Source: Octopus sinensis
Taxonomy: Eukaryota
Length of the DNA stretch: 64,000 nucleotides
Direction of reading: 5' to 3'
Assembly: GCF_006345805.1 (NCBI RefSeq)
Contig: NC_042999.1
Coordinates: 147,064,001 to 147,128,000, forward strand
Below the pieces are notes generated by a model. The model was given only the letters and a program-made list of their open reading frames with translations. It made no database searches and was not told where the DNA came from. A program made the position numbers and the translations under genes. This document shows positions 13,333-25,899 of the stretch, piece by piece (within the stretch, counting starts at the first letter, position 1; each line of letters opens with the position of its first letter).

Positions 13333-13825
13333 CACCATTCCACAACTCAGTCAATTAATAATCCACTCCAAAACCATGCTGTGAGACATATACCATTCAC
13401 AATACTAATCTAAAATTTTGATAATTTGACATGAGGAGTGACTGTTTTGGGAGTAAAATCATTTTTACGTTCTAATGAACTTGGCTATAGTTTGCTTATA
13501 TGATTTTATATAGTCCAAATGCAGCCATGAAACGCGCGTAGTCGATGTACAAGTACTTAATTTTATAGATTATATTATTGTATTAACTTTTATTGTTCAA
13601 TTTATACTTTATTTGATTTTAGATTAATATTTTTATAATGAATGTTTCTTTATATGTTATTCGTTGTGATTTTAAAAGTGCTTTCTCTTATATATTATAT
13701 GACTGTAATAATCTTACTGTTCAATATTATATATTATTACAATTTTAGATTAGTATTGTGTATGGTATATGTCTCACAGCATGGTATTGGAGTGGGTTAT
13801 TCATTGACTGAGTTGTGGAATGGTG
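13333..13825 (+). mobile_element. Non-coding PLE-like element with ~85-bp terminal inverted repeat and a degenerate HHR
   Basis: IR 13333-13417/13741-13825; internal CTAATGA...TGGCT/AGCCA...GAAAC-GCGC-GTA at 13472-13540; ends in (TA)n. Confidence 0.65.
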
Positions 13826-13851
13826 TATATATATATATATGTATGTATATA

Positions 13852-13965
<114 letters not shown>

Positions 13966-14163
13966 AAATAAGAAAATGGAGAAATACATCTAAATCAATT
14001 AACTACCAGATAATATCCAATCACATACTTTATTAAACCACTACATATGAACATCAAGGTCAAACATAATAATGTAGAACAAAACAGTGTACATGAAGGA
14101 GTAATATGATACAATAAGTACAATATGTATAAGAGAATATAAATAAATATAAATATAAACCAT

Positions 14164-14290
14164 ATCTTACAGCTGTTTCGGCCATGCAGATATGGGTGTC
14201 TCATTTTGCTCATATTAGCCATGTGTGATAGGTCAATATATAGTTATAAATGAAACACTTACAAAAATATCCAAAGGCCTCTTCGGAGAT
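14164..14290 (-). ncRNA. Type-I hammerhead variant with extended stem II
   Basis: Reverse strand ATCT-CCGAAGA-GGCC-(~93 nt)-GGCC-GAAAC-AGCT-GTA-AGAT. Confidence 0.65.
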
Positions 14291-14829
14291 TATGAAATAC
14301 AAACTAAATCAAATATACACCCATACAAGTGTGGGTACATACCCATAATATATCATATACACATACATATGAGTGCATATACTCATACTCCTATACATAT
14401 ATACATACATATATATAATAATATAAATCAATAAGCATACATATGTTCTATATTCAATGTTACAGTTTTTCAACTTTATATTATGATATTACAATGTAGA
14501 AAACATACACATATTAATACTCAAATTCAGATATTCAAAGTCAAGTTATATTAATATCAATTAATATAATGTACTCTTGACTTTGTATATCTGCATTTGA
14601 GTATTAATATGTGTATGTTTTCTACATTGTAATATCATAATATTAAGTTGAAAAACTGTAACATTTAATATGGAACATATGTATGTTTATTGATTTATAT
14701 TATTATGTATATGTATGTATATGTGTATAGGAGTATGAGTATATGCACTCATATGTATGTGTATATGATATATTATGGTATGTACCCACAGTTGTATGGG
14801 TGTATATTTAATTTAGTTTGTATTTCATA

Positions 14830-14957
14830 ATCTCCGAAGAGGCCTTGGGATATTTTTGTAAGTGTCTCATTTATAACTACATTATGGACCTATCACATAT
14901 GGCTAATATGAGCAAAATGAGACACCCATATCTGCATGGCCGAAACAGCTCTAAGAT
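14830..14957 (+). ncRNA. Type-I hammerhead variant with extended stem II (second arm, triplet CTA)
   Basis: ATCT-CCGAAGA-GGCC...gtgtctcattt/aaatgagacac helix...GGCC-GAAAC-AGCT-CTA-AGAT. Confidence 0.6.
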
Positions 14958-15810
14958 GTAGCTTATATTTATATCTATATTTATTTATATTCTCTTATAC
15001 ATATTGTACTTATTGTATCATATTACTCCTTCATGTACACTGTTTTGTTCTATATTATTATATATGATTGGTGCCAAACAAACAAGAGACGACTACTCTC
15101 TGCTTCTCTCTCTCGCTCGCTCGCTCTCACGTACGCACATACTTTATACATACATGCATTTGCGAAAGCATGAGAATATTTTACACATATATAGACTCCT
15201 AAATACACAGACACATGCGCGCGCACGCATACACATGCACACACACACACACACACTCAAACACACACATAGGTGCTGCCTTATTCAAAGACGTCTCATT
15301 TCTGAAAAGGAAAGAGTAATTTCTTCATACTGCTCAATAACATTTTATTTTAAGAAATATATTGTTTACAGTTCAACTTACAACATATGAGGCAATACAA
15401 TTCCGATATCGAAACACTTTGAGTTGCTGCAAAATTCGTTCTGGCATTCAAGACATTTTAATAACAGCAGGTGGAAAAGTGGCAGTTGATACAACTGGTG
15501 GTAGTTGATGCAACTACCAAGTAGACAGAAAGATATATACTTATGCACACACACACATATATGTATACAAGCATGTATATCTCGCTATCTATTTCTCTTC
15601 TCTCTCTTACTCTCTTTCTCTCGCTGTCTCTCTCGCTATATATATATATATATTTGTATATATATATGTGTGTATAAATATATATATACATATAAATGTA
15701 TATATATGTGTATACATATATATATATATACATATATACATTTATATATATATATATATATATGCATACATATATATATTTGTATATTTGTGTGTCTGTA
15801 TATATGTATA

Positions 15811-15873
<63 letters not shown>

Positions 15874-16205
15874 ATACGTATGTATTTTTATACAATCCTG
15901 CATGCATATATGTTATGATATATTATATAAATTGACTAGTTTTCCACTATGTCCATTATTCATATTATGAGAAGACATCCGGCCGGAGGTCTTCAGATGG
16001 TATTTCAAATAAGAAACAGCTTCAAGAGAAAACGTTGTAAAAGAATAGTTTATCCTTTGAAATGCCATCTAAAAAACGCCAACGAGCTCCAATCTTTGAA
16101 AAATGGTTAGATGGAACAATGGTAAGTAGCAAACATAAGAGGGAAAAGATAATAAATTATGCATGAATGTACGTGTATGTGTGTGTACGTATGTATATAT
16201 ATATG

Positions 16206-16260
<55 letters not shown>

Positions 16261-16264
16261 ATAT

Positions 16265-16312
<48 letters not shown>

Positions 16313-16535
16313 CGTATGTATGTATTTACGTATGTATGTACGCAATTTGTTATCACGCAATTACAGTTTCGATACGAATATGTTGTATCTTGTGCCTAAG
16401 CACCGTGTAACAAAGCAACGTCCTTTTGAATAAATTAGATTTGACGGAAACTATTTGAAAACCTGTCGGATAGAATGTATGATCCTTTAATCGATAGATC
16501 ATCAACCCCTAGCCTGTGGGTGTTATTTTTCACAG

Positions 16536-16620
16536 TTAGTTGAATGAATTTAGCAATAGTGAGTATGTAAGGTTCATTCATCCTGTTGTCTAATACGTTC
16601 GATTCTGATGCTTTATATAT
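16536..16620 (+). repeat. ~85-bp direct repeat with 17389-17474, both ending in TA runs
   Basis: aatagt(g/a)agtatgtaaggttcattca.cctgttg.cta..cgttcgattctgat.ctttatatat in both copies. Confidence 0.8.
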
Positions 16621-16663
16621 ACATATGTATTTGCGTATGTTCACACACACATACAAATATATA

Positions 16664-17046
16664 TCTCTCTCTATATAAACGGCAGTTTGTCTGTGCGTGT
16701 TTCTGTGTGTCTGTTTTCTCGTACCCTCACTCTGACCACGGCTTTCAACTGATTCTCATGAAACTTGACACACACATAGCACAATGTCATAATTCAAAAC
16801 TAACGCAGCGAAAATTTTGAAAAGTTCCTCCAGTTCTGAAAAAAATCGATAAATTCGACATGGAGTCGAGAATCAGAAACCCAAACCACAGACCGTCTAG
16901 GGGACGCAACTCCACCTTTTTTAACTCTCAAAAAAAATTTACCATAATTTTTTTTCCATTTTTTTGCTATTTTTTGGCTATAACTCTCTAAAATGCTTTA
17001 TAGTTATTTCCCTTACAAACCTGAGCAACGCCGGGCGATACTGCTA

Positions 17047-17047
<1 letters not shown>
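16664..17047 (+). mobile_element. Non-autonomous Helitron
   Basis: 5' TC(TCTCTCTATATAAA), 3' subterminal hairpin cctgagcaacgccggg, CTAG end, inserted between A and T with no TSD. Confidence 0.8.
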
Positions 17048-17083
<36 letters not shown>

Positions 17084-17162
17084 TCAGTGTCTTTGATCAA
17101 TAGGGTATATTGAGAGTGTTATAAAATAAATGATACATGGTACTCCAGGAATCTATCTATCA

Positions 17163-17240
<78 letters not shown>

Positions 17241-17667
17241 AAATAAGTCTATCCGACGGTTATGTATTAACTTTACCGTTTATTTACAATACCACTCCTT
17301 TCATGATGAATATGGAGATATACGACAAGTCAAGATGAAAGAGACATATAGGAGAACTAAATCACGTATGAAAAACTACATTGTTGATGTTAGATGACTG
17401 AATTTAACAATAGTAAGTATGTAAGGTTCATTCACCCTGTTGCCTAGTTCGTTCGATTCTGATCCTTTATATATAATACTATGTAATTACCAACGCGGTA
17501 GTTCACCTCTTAATCAAGGAATAAGCTATCGGAATCTTCTGCAGTCACAAAATTGACTTCTCCTGCCCTCGTTGTCCGTATCCGAAATTTTAGCAATATA
17601 TTTCTCAATAGAAATATGAATGGTTGGTACACAGTGCTGGTTTCATCTCTATATTGTACATCCGGGA

Positions 17668-18284
17668 AGGCGGCGAGCTGGCAGAAACGTTAGCACGCCG
17701 GGCGAAATGCGTAGCCGTATTTCGTCTGCCGTTACGTTCTGAGTTCAAATTCCGCCGAACTCGACTTTGCCTTTCATCCTTTCGGGGTCGATAAATTAAC
17801 TACCAGTTACGCACTGGGGTCGATATAATCGAGTTTATCCGTTTGCCTGTCCTTGTTTGTTCTCTCTGTGTTTAGCCGCTTGTGGGTAGTAAAGAAATAG
17901 ATATTTCGTCTGCCGCTACGTTCTGAGGTCAAATTGGGCCGAGGTCGACTTTGCCTTTGCCATCCTTTCGGTGTCGATAAATTAAGTACCGCTTACGCAC
18001 TGGAGTCGATGTAATCGACTCAATTCCTTTGTCTGTCGTTGATTGTTCCCTCTATGTTTAGCCCCTTGTGGACAATAAAGAAGTAAGAAACGTTAGCACG
18101 CCGAGCGAAATGCTTATCGATATTTCGTCTGTCTTTACGTTCTGAGTTCAAATTCTGCCGAGGTCGACTTTGCCTTTCATCCTTTCGGTGTCGATAAATT
18201 AAGTACCAATTGCGTACTGGGGTCGATCTAATCGACTGGCTCCCCCCCCACAAACTTCGGGCATTGTGCCTAGAGTAGAAAACA
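17668..18284 (+). mobile_element. SINE family A multimer (head + 2 units + partial second head + unit + tail)
   Basis: TSD atattgtacat at 17651-17661 and 18285-18295; repeated gaggtcgactttgcc...aagtacc units. Confidence 0.92.
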
Positions 18285-18679
18285 ATATTGTACATTCGGC
18301 CAACAAATCGTACTCGTGCATCTGTGAGAGACCAGGCGAACACGTTTCTTCTGAGACATGCTAAAAGCAGATTTGTAGCCGTGAATAATTTCAGCCCCAG
18401 CTCTGTATATATGTATATATGATCTCGTGTGACGACGAAAGGCAAGTATTTGAAATTGAAGACCTTTCGAGCTCGCTACCCGAAAGCCCGCGAAATATAT
18501 CACAGGGAGCTTTTGGGATATATATTTTTTTTCTCTCTAGTTTCAGCTCAGAACTGCGGTCATGCTGATGCACCGCCGTTTTGCTACACTGTTATTACTA
18601 AGAGCCTCCTCTAATATGTAGCACTTGGTGAAGAATGGAGTTTGATATAGCTACCCTCATTTGCACCTCTTGCTGTGAA

Positions 18680-18715
<36 letters not shown>

Positions 18716-19784
18716 AGAGATACTAATGTTGGGAAGGGGTTGCAGCTCTTTCTAGAATCACTTTTGGGAAAGTGAGTTAAAACATCTACGAACAATCATG
18801 GAAAATAAACGAAGTATAGATCCTTTTACACAACGGCATCAAAATATAATGTATTTAATGCATTTAAATTCATCCATTTTTCGATAATATGAATTCAGTT
18901 CTATGAATTGATTCTTCTAATTTGAAATTCTCTTCTTAAACTACTACAACGAACGCATATTACTATTGTAAGGTATATAACTTTGATAAAGTCACTGGTT
19001 TAAGTCAATAATGTGACGTAAATACTTACAGACGATACATTTAAACTCTTTCGCTGACACTACGCAATTCTCATGCATAATCCAGTCAGATATGGTGGAA
19101 AATATATAAATGTTGTTCAAAAGGAATTTCTATAGTTAGCATGTTCTTATTTATGTTGTTGTCCGGAATTCTTCATGATAACAGCAGCATTGCAGCAAAT
19201 TATACGGTTGCTAAGATTTCCACAACAAAACTTCGTTATCTAATATAGCTAACTAACTAACCCACGACGAGTGCTGCTGCTTTTGCTTCAGATTTTTCTC
19301 TTGATTAAATGTCCGAGTATTATCTTTGCACCGCAGAAACTAATGAAGTGATAAAGTCCAAACCTTTATATCCATGATAAGCAAAACATCAATAAATATA
19401 AAAGAACAGAAACACACATGCTAGCACGCACGCACACACACACATACACACACATACACACACACACAAACGCACACACAAACAAACGCACACACATACA
19501 AACACACACACGCATACATACACGTAAATGCAATGATATATAAATGCAGTGATGAGGAAACGAAACGGGAATATAATGAACTTACGAACTGAAATAAATA
19601 TCTAATTATATACGTGAGTGAGTGTGAGTGTGTATGTGATCGTGTGTGAGAATACGTGTGTGCGTGCGGGCGTGTGTGTGTATGTGTGTGTATTTATACA
19701 CATACACTTAATACACATGCAAGTATGCTAAATATAAGAGTGTGATAGTTTAGAGCTGGAAACATGGGTATATATAACTTTATC

Positions 19785-20022
19785 CCTTTTCTTTCACTTG
19801 TTTCAACCATCTGACTGTGGCCATGGTGGGCCAGCGCCCTGAGGAGTTTTATGCAAACAAATCGACCCCACTTCTCACCATTTTGACTCTGATATATATA
19901 TATATATCAGAGATAGAGAGAAAGAAATAGCTAGAGAGTGACAGAGAGAGCGAGAGTGACACAGACACACACACACAGATGGGGTTCTTTTAGCTTCCGT
20001 CTACCAAATCCACACACAAGAC
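19785..20022 (-). mobile_element. SINE family B fragments
   Basis: cttgtttca...gactgtggccatg and cttccgtctaccaaatccac match 53652-54052. Confidence 0.65.
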
Positions 20023-20029
20023 TTCCCAG

Positions 20030-21185
20030 TTTCAAAATTTAATACAACCTACAGACATTATTTTATCGTTTTGTCAACACCTGTTTTCAAACTGACGTCC
20101 GGTCTGGTCCAGGCACTGCTGAAAACGTGAAACAATGGAATCACAAACTTCACGAACCAATTTCATTGGTATTTGTGTGCATTCTCGTTCAATGGTTGCT
20201 CTCACATTAGCGGCTGTTGGAGGTTTCATAGCGTAGAGAATTTGTCGTTTAGATATCCAGTTAAGAAACAGTCAAGTGGTGTGCGGTCTGGTGAGCACGA
20301 AGTGTATTCAACGAAACCCCTTCGTCCAATTCACCTGTTTGACAAGATCCCATCGAGGAAGGATCTAATGTCGTGATGGTAGTGTTGTGGTATCCCAACT
20401 TGCTGAAAATAAAACTCCTCATCTTCAAAGTTTTCTCTTGACAGACTGTTGCAGGAAGTTCAAGTAAACGGGATCAGCCACAGAAGCGTGAAAAAAGAAT
20501 GGTCCAATTAATTCTTTTGGTGATAAGCTACACCACATTGTATCACCTGGGAAGTTAACATGGTATTTTATCATAACATGCGGATTCCCAGGTCCCCAGA
20601 AGGTGCAATTGTGGCAGTTAATTGAACCATTTAATTTGAATGCGGTCTCATCACTCCACACAATCTTTGTTGGAAAGTGTGCTTCTTCTACACATCGTAC
20701 CAAGTACCACTTGCAATACAGCACTCTTCGGTCTGGATATTCATCATTAATAGCATGGACTAATCTTGGAATGTAACTTTTCCATTGACAACATTTGAAA
20801 ATGCGCTGGACAGACTATTTTAAACTACCTACCTCAACACTCGCTCGTCGCACAGATTTTTTTTGACTTTGGTGATGCATTTCCAGCTCTCCTTCCTGCT
20901 TTGTGGAATTGTTGATGTTCGTGTTCTCCCGGAACGCTTCTCGTGGACATTCTGAACACTTCCATCGGCTTCAAACTTACCTCTAATTCGAGTGATGGTA
21001 AGTCGCGTTGGTTGATCTTTTTGAAATTCCCTCCTAAACCGTCTTTGCATTTCAACTGCGTTCTCACACTTGTAGTTGCTTTTTAGAATGAATTTCCTTT
21101 GTTCAAAGCTTAGTCTGCCATCATTAATTCCTATGGGTTTAATCTGGAAAGAAAAAACATCAATTGAGTTAGCTACTAAAGTGTG
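20030..21185 (-). mobile_element. Degenerate Tc1/mariner DD41D (rosa-like) transposon
   Basis: N-terminal HTH LSFEQRKFILK..VEMQRRFRREF..PTRLTITRIRGKFE, then WSDETAF..NCTFW..IGPFFF and SPDRTPLD. There are 41 residues between the degenerate second-D position and the third D. Stops and frameshifts are present. Confidence 0.88.
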
Positions 21186-21220
21186 TGTGAATATATGTGT
21201 ATGCATATATATGTGTATGC

Positions 21221-21255
<35 letters not shown>

Positions 21256-21343
21256 ATATATACATATGTGTGTGCATGTGTGTGTATGTATATATATATA
21301 CATATGTGTGTGCATGTGTGTGTATGTATATATATATATATAC

Positions 21344-21475
21344 AGCGGGCTACTTTCAGTTTCCATCCACAAAATCTACTCACAAGGTATTGGTCAGCTC
21401 GAGGCTACAGTGGGACTGAACTCGGAGGCATTGGTTCGGAAGCAACCTTGTTACGACAAAGCCACGATTCCATCT
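21344..21475 (-). mobile_element. SINE family B 5' fragment
   Basis: tttcagtttcc...aaatctactcacaagg..ttggtc...cagtgggactgaac. Confidence 0.65.
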
Positions 21476-21599
21476 CTATGTATATGCATACATACATGCA
21501 TACGTGTGTTTATGTGTGTATACACATGCATATTAGAAAGTATATAGGTGCACATGATATTTCCATGCCTCCAATATTTGTGAGATTGATGACTTTAAT

Positions 21600-22500
21600 G
21601 CTCTGTTTACACTGTTGTTGATGTTGATCTGCAAGGTAACATGAGTAGGGAGGATAAACCTGCATAATGGGGATGATCCAATAGCTATACAGTTTTGTGT
21701 CGTGAAAGAGTGTGTGGTTACACTAAATTTACGGAGAGGTGGGTGGATGTGTGAGACAGAGGTGCCTGTTTCTTGGAGCTATGTAACCAAACAACTCTGT
21801 GGAATAGACTCCATTATACTACCGACACAAGACACAGAGATTGGTGAGAGCACCGTTGTGAGTCTGATGTTGGAGATTATCAGTTAGTGAAGATGTGTGA
21901 ATCAGCTGAATGTCTCATCTCCACAGCTGGTATTGGATTTCCCTAAAGTGGAAACAATACTCTATTGTAGTCCTCTCTTGAGCTTTGTAGAATGTCAGCA
22001 TGTTGGGCGTTGAAATATCATCTGGCTCTAAAGAGATATGCTATGTTAAACATATGCAGTCACCAAAAGAAATTCTTCAGTATTTGGAGTAACTATAATG
22101 GCTCTTGTTAAGTGTCTCTCTCTCGTTTAGATGCGATGTGGTGCAGTGATTCATTTTACTAGATGAGTTACGCATGAGAAATTTTAGCTAAGTGCCTATG
22201 TTGGCATGGCTTCACTAAATTAGATACTCTCAAGATGTATGTAAATGGAATCAATGAATAGGGAGCGTTAGAGAGGAAACAAGGGTCGTATCATTTGCAA
22301 ATAGATGGCCGTTGTTGGAGCAAGTAAATCAATGATGTATAAGTGGAATAGAGTTGGGGCGACAAAACACAAGCCTGGGCATATCAGAATTGATTGGGAA
22401 CAAGGCAAAAAAACGAGCTTATGAGAATCTGTTAATCCAGACGAAAGATGTGTGGAGCCCGTAGGCTAGAACCACTGACAGGAGATCTGCTTGATAATTA
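21600..22500 (-). pseudogene. Degraded CR1/jockey-group LINE RT C-terminal relic
   Basis: The reverse strand gives YKAQERTTIEYCFHF, resembling YKAQVRPxMEYCSHxW; many stops. Confidence 0.5.
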
Positions 22501-22720
22501 TGCATGAAAATTATGCAAAGATTACATGTCTTCAAATGTCAGCCAGTTACAGGTTAATTTACGAACAGGTTATTCAGTTTATTGAACGAATGAATACTAA
22601 TTGTCGAACGACGATGAACCATCACTGCGTGTTTCTGTATGCTTGTGTGTGGAATGGAAAATCACAATACATACATGCATACACACACATACACACAATA
22701 CATAAGTAGGTAGAAAGAAG

Positions 22721-22807
<87 letters not shown>

Positions 22808-23368
22808 TGAGAGATATGCATACATATTTATATATTGCGGATTCGTTAACAGAGCTGGTTATTCACGTTACAGTCTGTTACATAATATAAACATAGGAAT
22901 TTAATCTGAAACTGCATATATAAAACTAATTAAATTTAATTAGCTGCATTGGACAGACGTAAACGGCTATAATATTTACACAAGCATTAATGAATACACT
23001 GCTAATACGCACATAATCTATTTAATTGAACCAGCTGCCAAAAATATGTCAAATGTTCTAATCTGTATACCTGTTTCATAATGAGCTTCATGATAAAAGA
23101 TTTAAATATATTTTAAGAGCGTTGAGTCAGTAAGTGGTGTTTGATTTGAAAATAAATACGATCAAAACTATCTTCAAGTTGATACCGTATCTTCTGTGCA
23201 CGGTGAAATTATATAAAATATCAGTAGTCTGCCATTCTATTACATTTTAGTTATTGGGTTATCAGATAATTTCCATTGTTAATACAGTTCTAAGAGAGAT
23301 GAGTAATTATGTAGATTATTTACCTTATTTACATTTGACGGATATTTGTCATCATCTTTTTTGTTGTT

Positions 23369-23414
23369 AACACAACGTTTCGGCTGATATACTCTTCAGC
23401 CTTCTTCAGCTGTT
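23369..23414 (-). ncRNA. Minimal hammerhead ribozyme in the PLE pseudo-LTR
   Basis: Reverse strand AACAG-CTGAAGA-A-GGCTGA-agagtata-TCAGCC-GAAAC-GTT-GTGTT: 6-bp stem II, palindromic AACGTT stem III, stem I with one mismatch. Confidence 0.8.
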
Positions 23415-23474
23415 CTGGGGAAATTTCGAACCTGGGTTCTCATACCTCAGGTATATTTCGATGTTATTATTATT

Positions 23475-23540
23475 GTCACTGCCTGGAATAAAACTCGGAA
23501 TCCTGGGGTTAGTAGCCCGCGCTCTTAACCTTTACGCCCT
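23475..23540 (-). promoter_or_regulatory. tRNA-derived Pol III promoter-like segment inside the PLE 3' region
   Basis: Reverse strand GGGCGTAAAGGTTAAGAGCGCGGGCTACTAACCCCAGGATTCCGAGTTTTATTCCAGG: degenerate A box, anticodon-like stem-loop, degenerate B box. Confidence 0.6.
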
Positions 23541-24016
23541 TCATTATGGAATGAATTTTAGGACTTATAAATCTAATATTTTCCTATCCTTCCTTAATAC
23601 TGGTTCCCATATGCTACTCATATTTCCAGTAGGCGTGCTTAGGAGTTTTTTATGCCCTGGCTTATATGCTGCTTCAATTACTTTTCGTATTTTCCATTGG
23701 TGTTCTCTGCCTATTATTTTAACTTCATCTCACAGGGAGAGGTGCTCTCAGTTTTTTCATACATGATTAACTATACCCGATTTATCAATATCTCCCCGTG
23801 TCACAGTTTTGCGATGTTCCTCTACACTTATTGTGAGGGGGCGGCATGTTTCGCCTATGTATAACCTTCCACAGCTGCATGGAATGAAGTACACGAAGTC
23901 TTTGGCCATATTATCTTCTATTGGTGGTTTTACTCGGAGATATTTGCGAAGTGTTGCATTACTTTTGAATGCTGTCCTGATGTTATATTGGTTGCATATC
24001 TTTTGTTTCTTTTCAA

Positions 24017-24352
24017 TTGTGACATAGCGTGAAACTCCATCAGAAACTAGCTCGTCTTTCAAACCAGCTAACTTTCCTGTGTAGATGTAGACAGTCTTTG
24101 CATAGACCTCTGAGCAGGTATCGCTAAGCTTTTGGCAACATTTGATGCAGATTCTCTGCCCAACTTCCTCTGCCATAGTCATTGCGACGATCACATGCTA
24201 CACACGTTCCTTCGAAGCACTGCTGCAAACAAGGTAACTGAACTAGAACGTTGAAACATAGTCCACATGCAAAGCAGAGTTTAAGGTTACTCTGTGGGCT
24301 TTAGCTTCGTTATTATGGCAAAAGTCCGGTTACTTATTGATCAGACCACATA
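24017..24352 (-). mobile_element. Mariner 5' fragment
   Basis: TA followed by TIR-like tgtggtctgatcaataagtaaccggact; N-terminal QRICIKCCQKLSDTCSEVY resembles the mariner HTH. Confidence 0.7.
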
Positions 24353-25093
24353 TGTGTGTGTGCGCGCGCGTGACTGTATATGTGTTTGTGTGCGTGTGTG
24401 TATGTATATATACACACACATGCACACACTCCCGCACGCACACATGCATATTTATAGAAAGTCAAATTCCTCTGTCACTTAAGTAAAACTCTTTTCTCAG
24501 TATTGAGTCCATCCATCACTAAATGTTAGGTTATTAATTCCCAAAATACATTGAAATACTAACGCTAATTTTAACACGCACCTATACAAGCCGCCATACG
24601 TACACACATATACACATATGTAAATTTCCCTTTGAGATATGAAATTACGATTTGAATATATTATAGATTAAGCCACAATTTAAAAGGTAGACAAAAACAG
24701 TTACAAGTAAAGTAGAATGATACAGAAAATAGATATTCTAGAAAAGATGAAATGCAACATAACTACATCCATACACACAGCAACGTACGAACCAAAATTC
24801 ATTTATTATATGTGGCTATATTAATTAATAGAACAAATGCATTCAAAGAATTTTGAAACATACATCGATTAATTAATGCGATGATTATTTATTGGTTATT
24901 ATATTTTGTTAAATTTTCAAACATACAGAGGATAAAACACAAAAAAAAGATCATCAACGACTTAGATTATTGATCAGATAAAATTGATGTTTTAGAAATT
25001 CTAATGTATAATGGCAATTTTGAATACGTGAATACACGCACGCCTACCTATACGTATATACATAGATACACACATACAGACACGAGCCCACAG

Positions 25094-25147
<54 letters not shown>

Positions 25148-25260
25148 TCATATACATATATATATATATAAATAAATATATATATATATGAATATATATA
25201 TATATTATATATATATGTATATGTATATATATATGTATATTTATATATGTATATATACAA

Positions 25261-25304
<44 letters not shown>

Positions 25305-25396
25305 ATGTGTGCATACGATTATACCCATATATATGTATGCCTATATGTGTGTATTTCGCTGTATATAGATATTGTTGACGTCACTGTTCCTCCAAA

Positions 25397-25434
<38 letters not shown>

Positions 25435-25518
25435 TTGCATGACACATATACATACATATATCTATATACATATATACATATATATATATATATATGTATA
25501 TATACAAATATATATATA

Positions 25519-25593
<75 letters not shown>

Positions 25594-25598
25594 AAAGA

Positions 25599-25641
<43 letters not shown>

Positions 25642-25867
25642 ATATGCATACATACGCACGCATACCTATATACACACCTGTTTATTTAAGATTGGCAGCG
25701 TATAATGTTTGTATAAACTACAAATCTTTCTTCATATGACTATTTAATGCATAGGTCAAACTAAAAGGTTACCTACAAATCGATAACATTGAAAATAAAA
25801 GTAGCAAGAAATAACATAACTGAATTGTAGGGTGAATAAATCAACAATCAGCAACATTACCAAAACC

Positions 25868-25899
<32 letters not shown>

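Larger units (their letters stand above)
23285..24016 (-). mobile_element. Penelope-like element 3' end: GIY-YIG endonuclease fragment plus pseudo-LTR with a tRNA-like segment and HHR
   Basis: VYFIPCSCGRLYIGETCRPLTISVEEHRK is the PLE GIY-YIG signature; tRNA-like segment at 23475-23540 and HHR at 23369-23414 lie downstream. Confidence 0.9.

Noticed and set aside
19548-19575. GTGATGAG-GAAA-CGAAAC
   Set aside because: It has G at position 3 with no compensation, no cleavage triplet and no stem I.
23475-23540. Functional tRNA gene
   Set aside because: The acceptor and T stems do not pair and the B box is degenerate; treated as tRNA-derived only. The same applies to the SINE heads.
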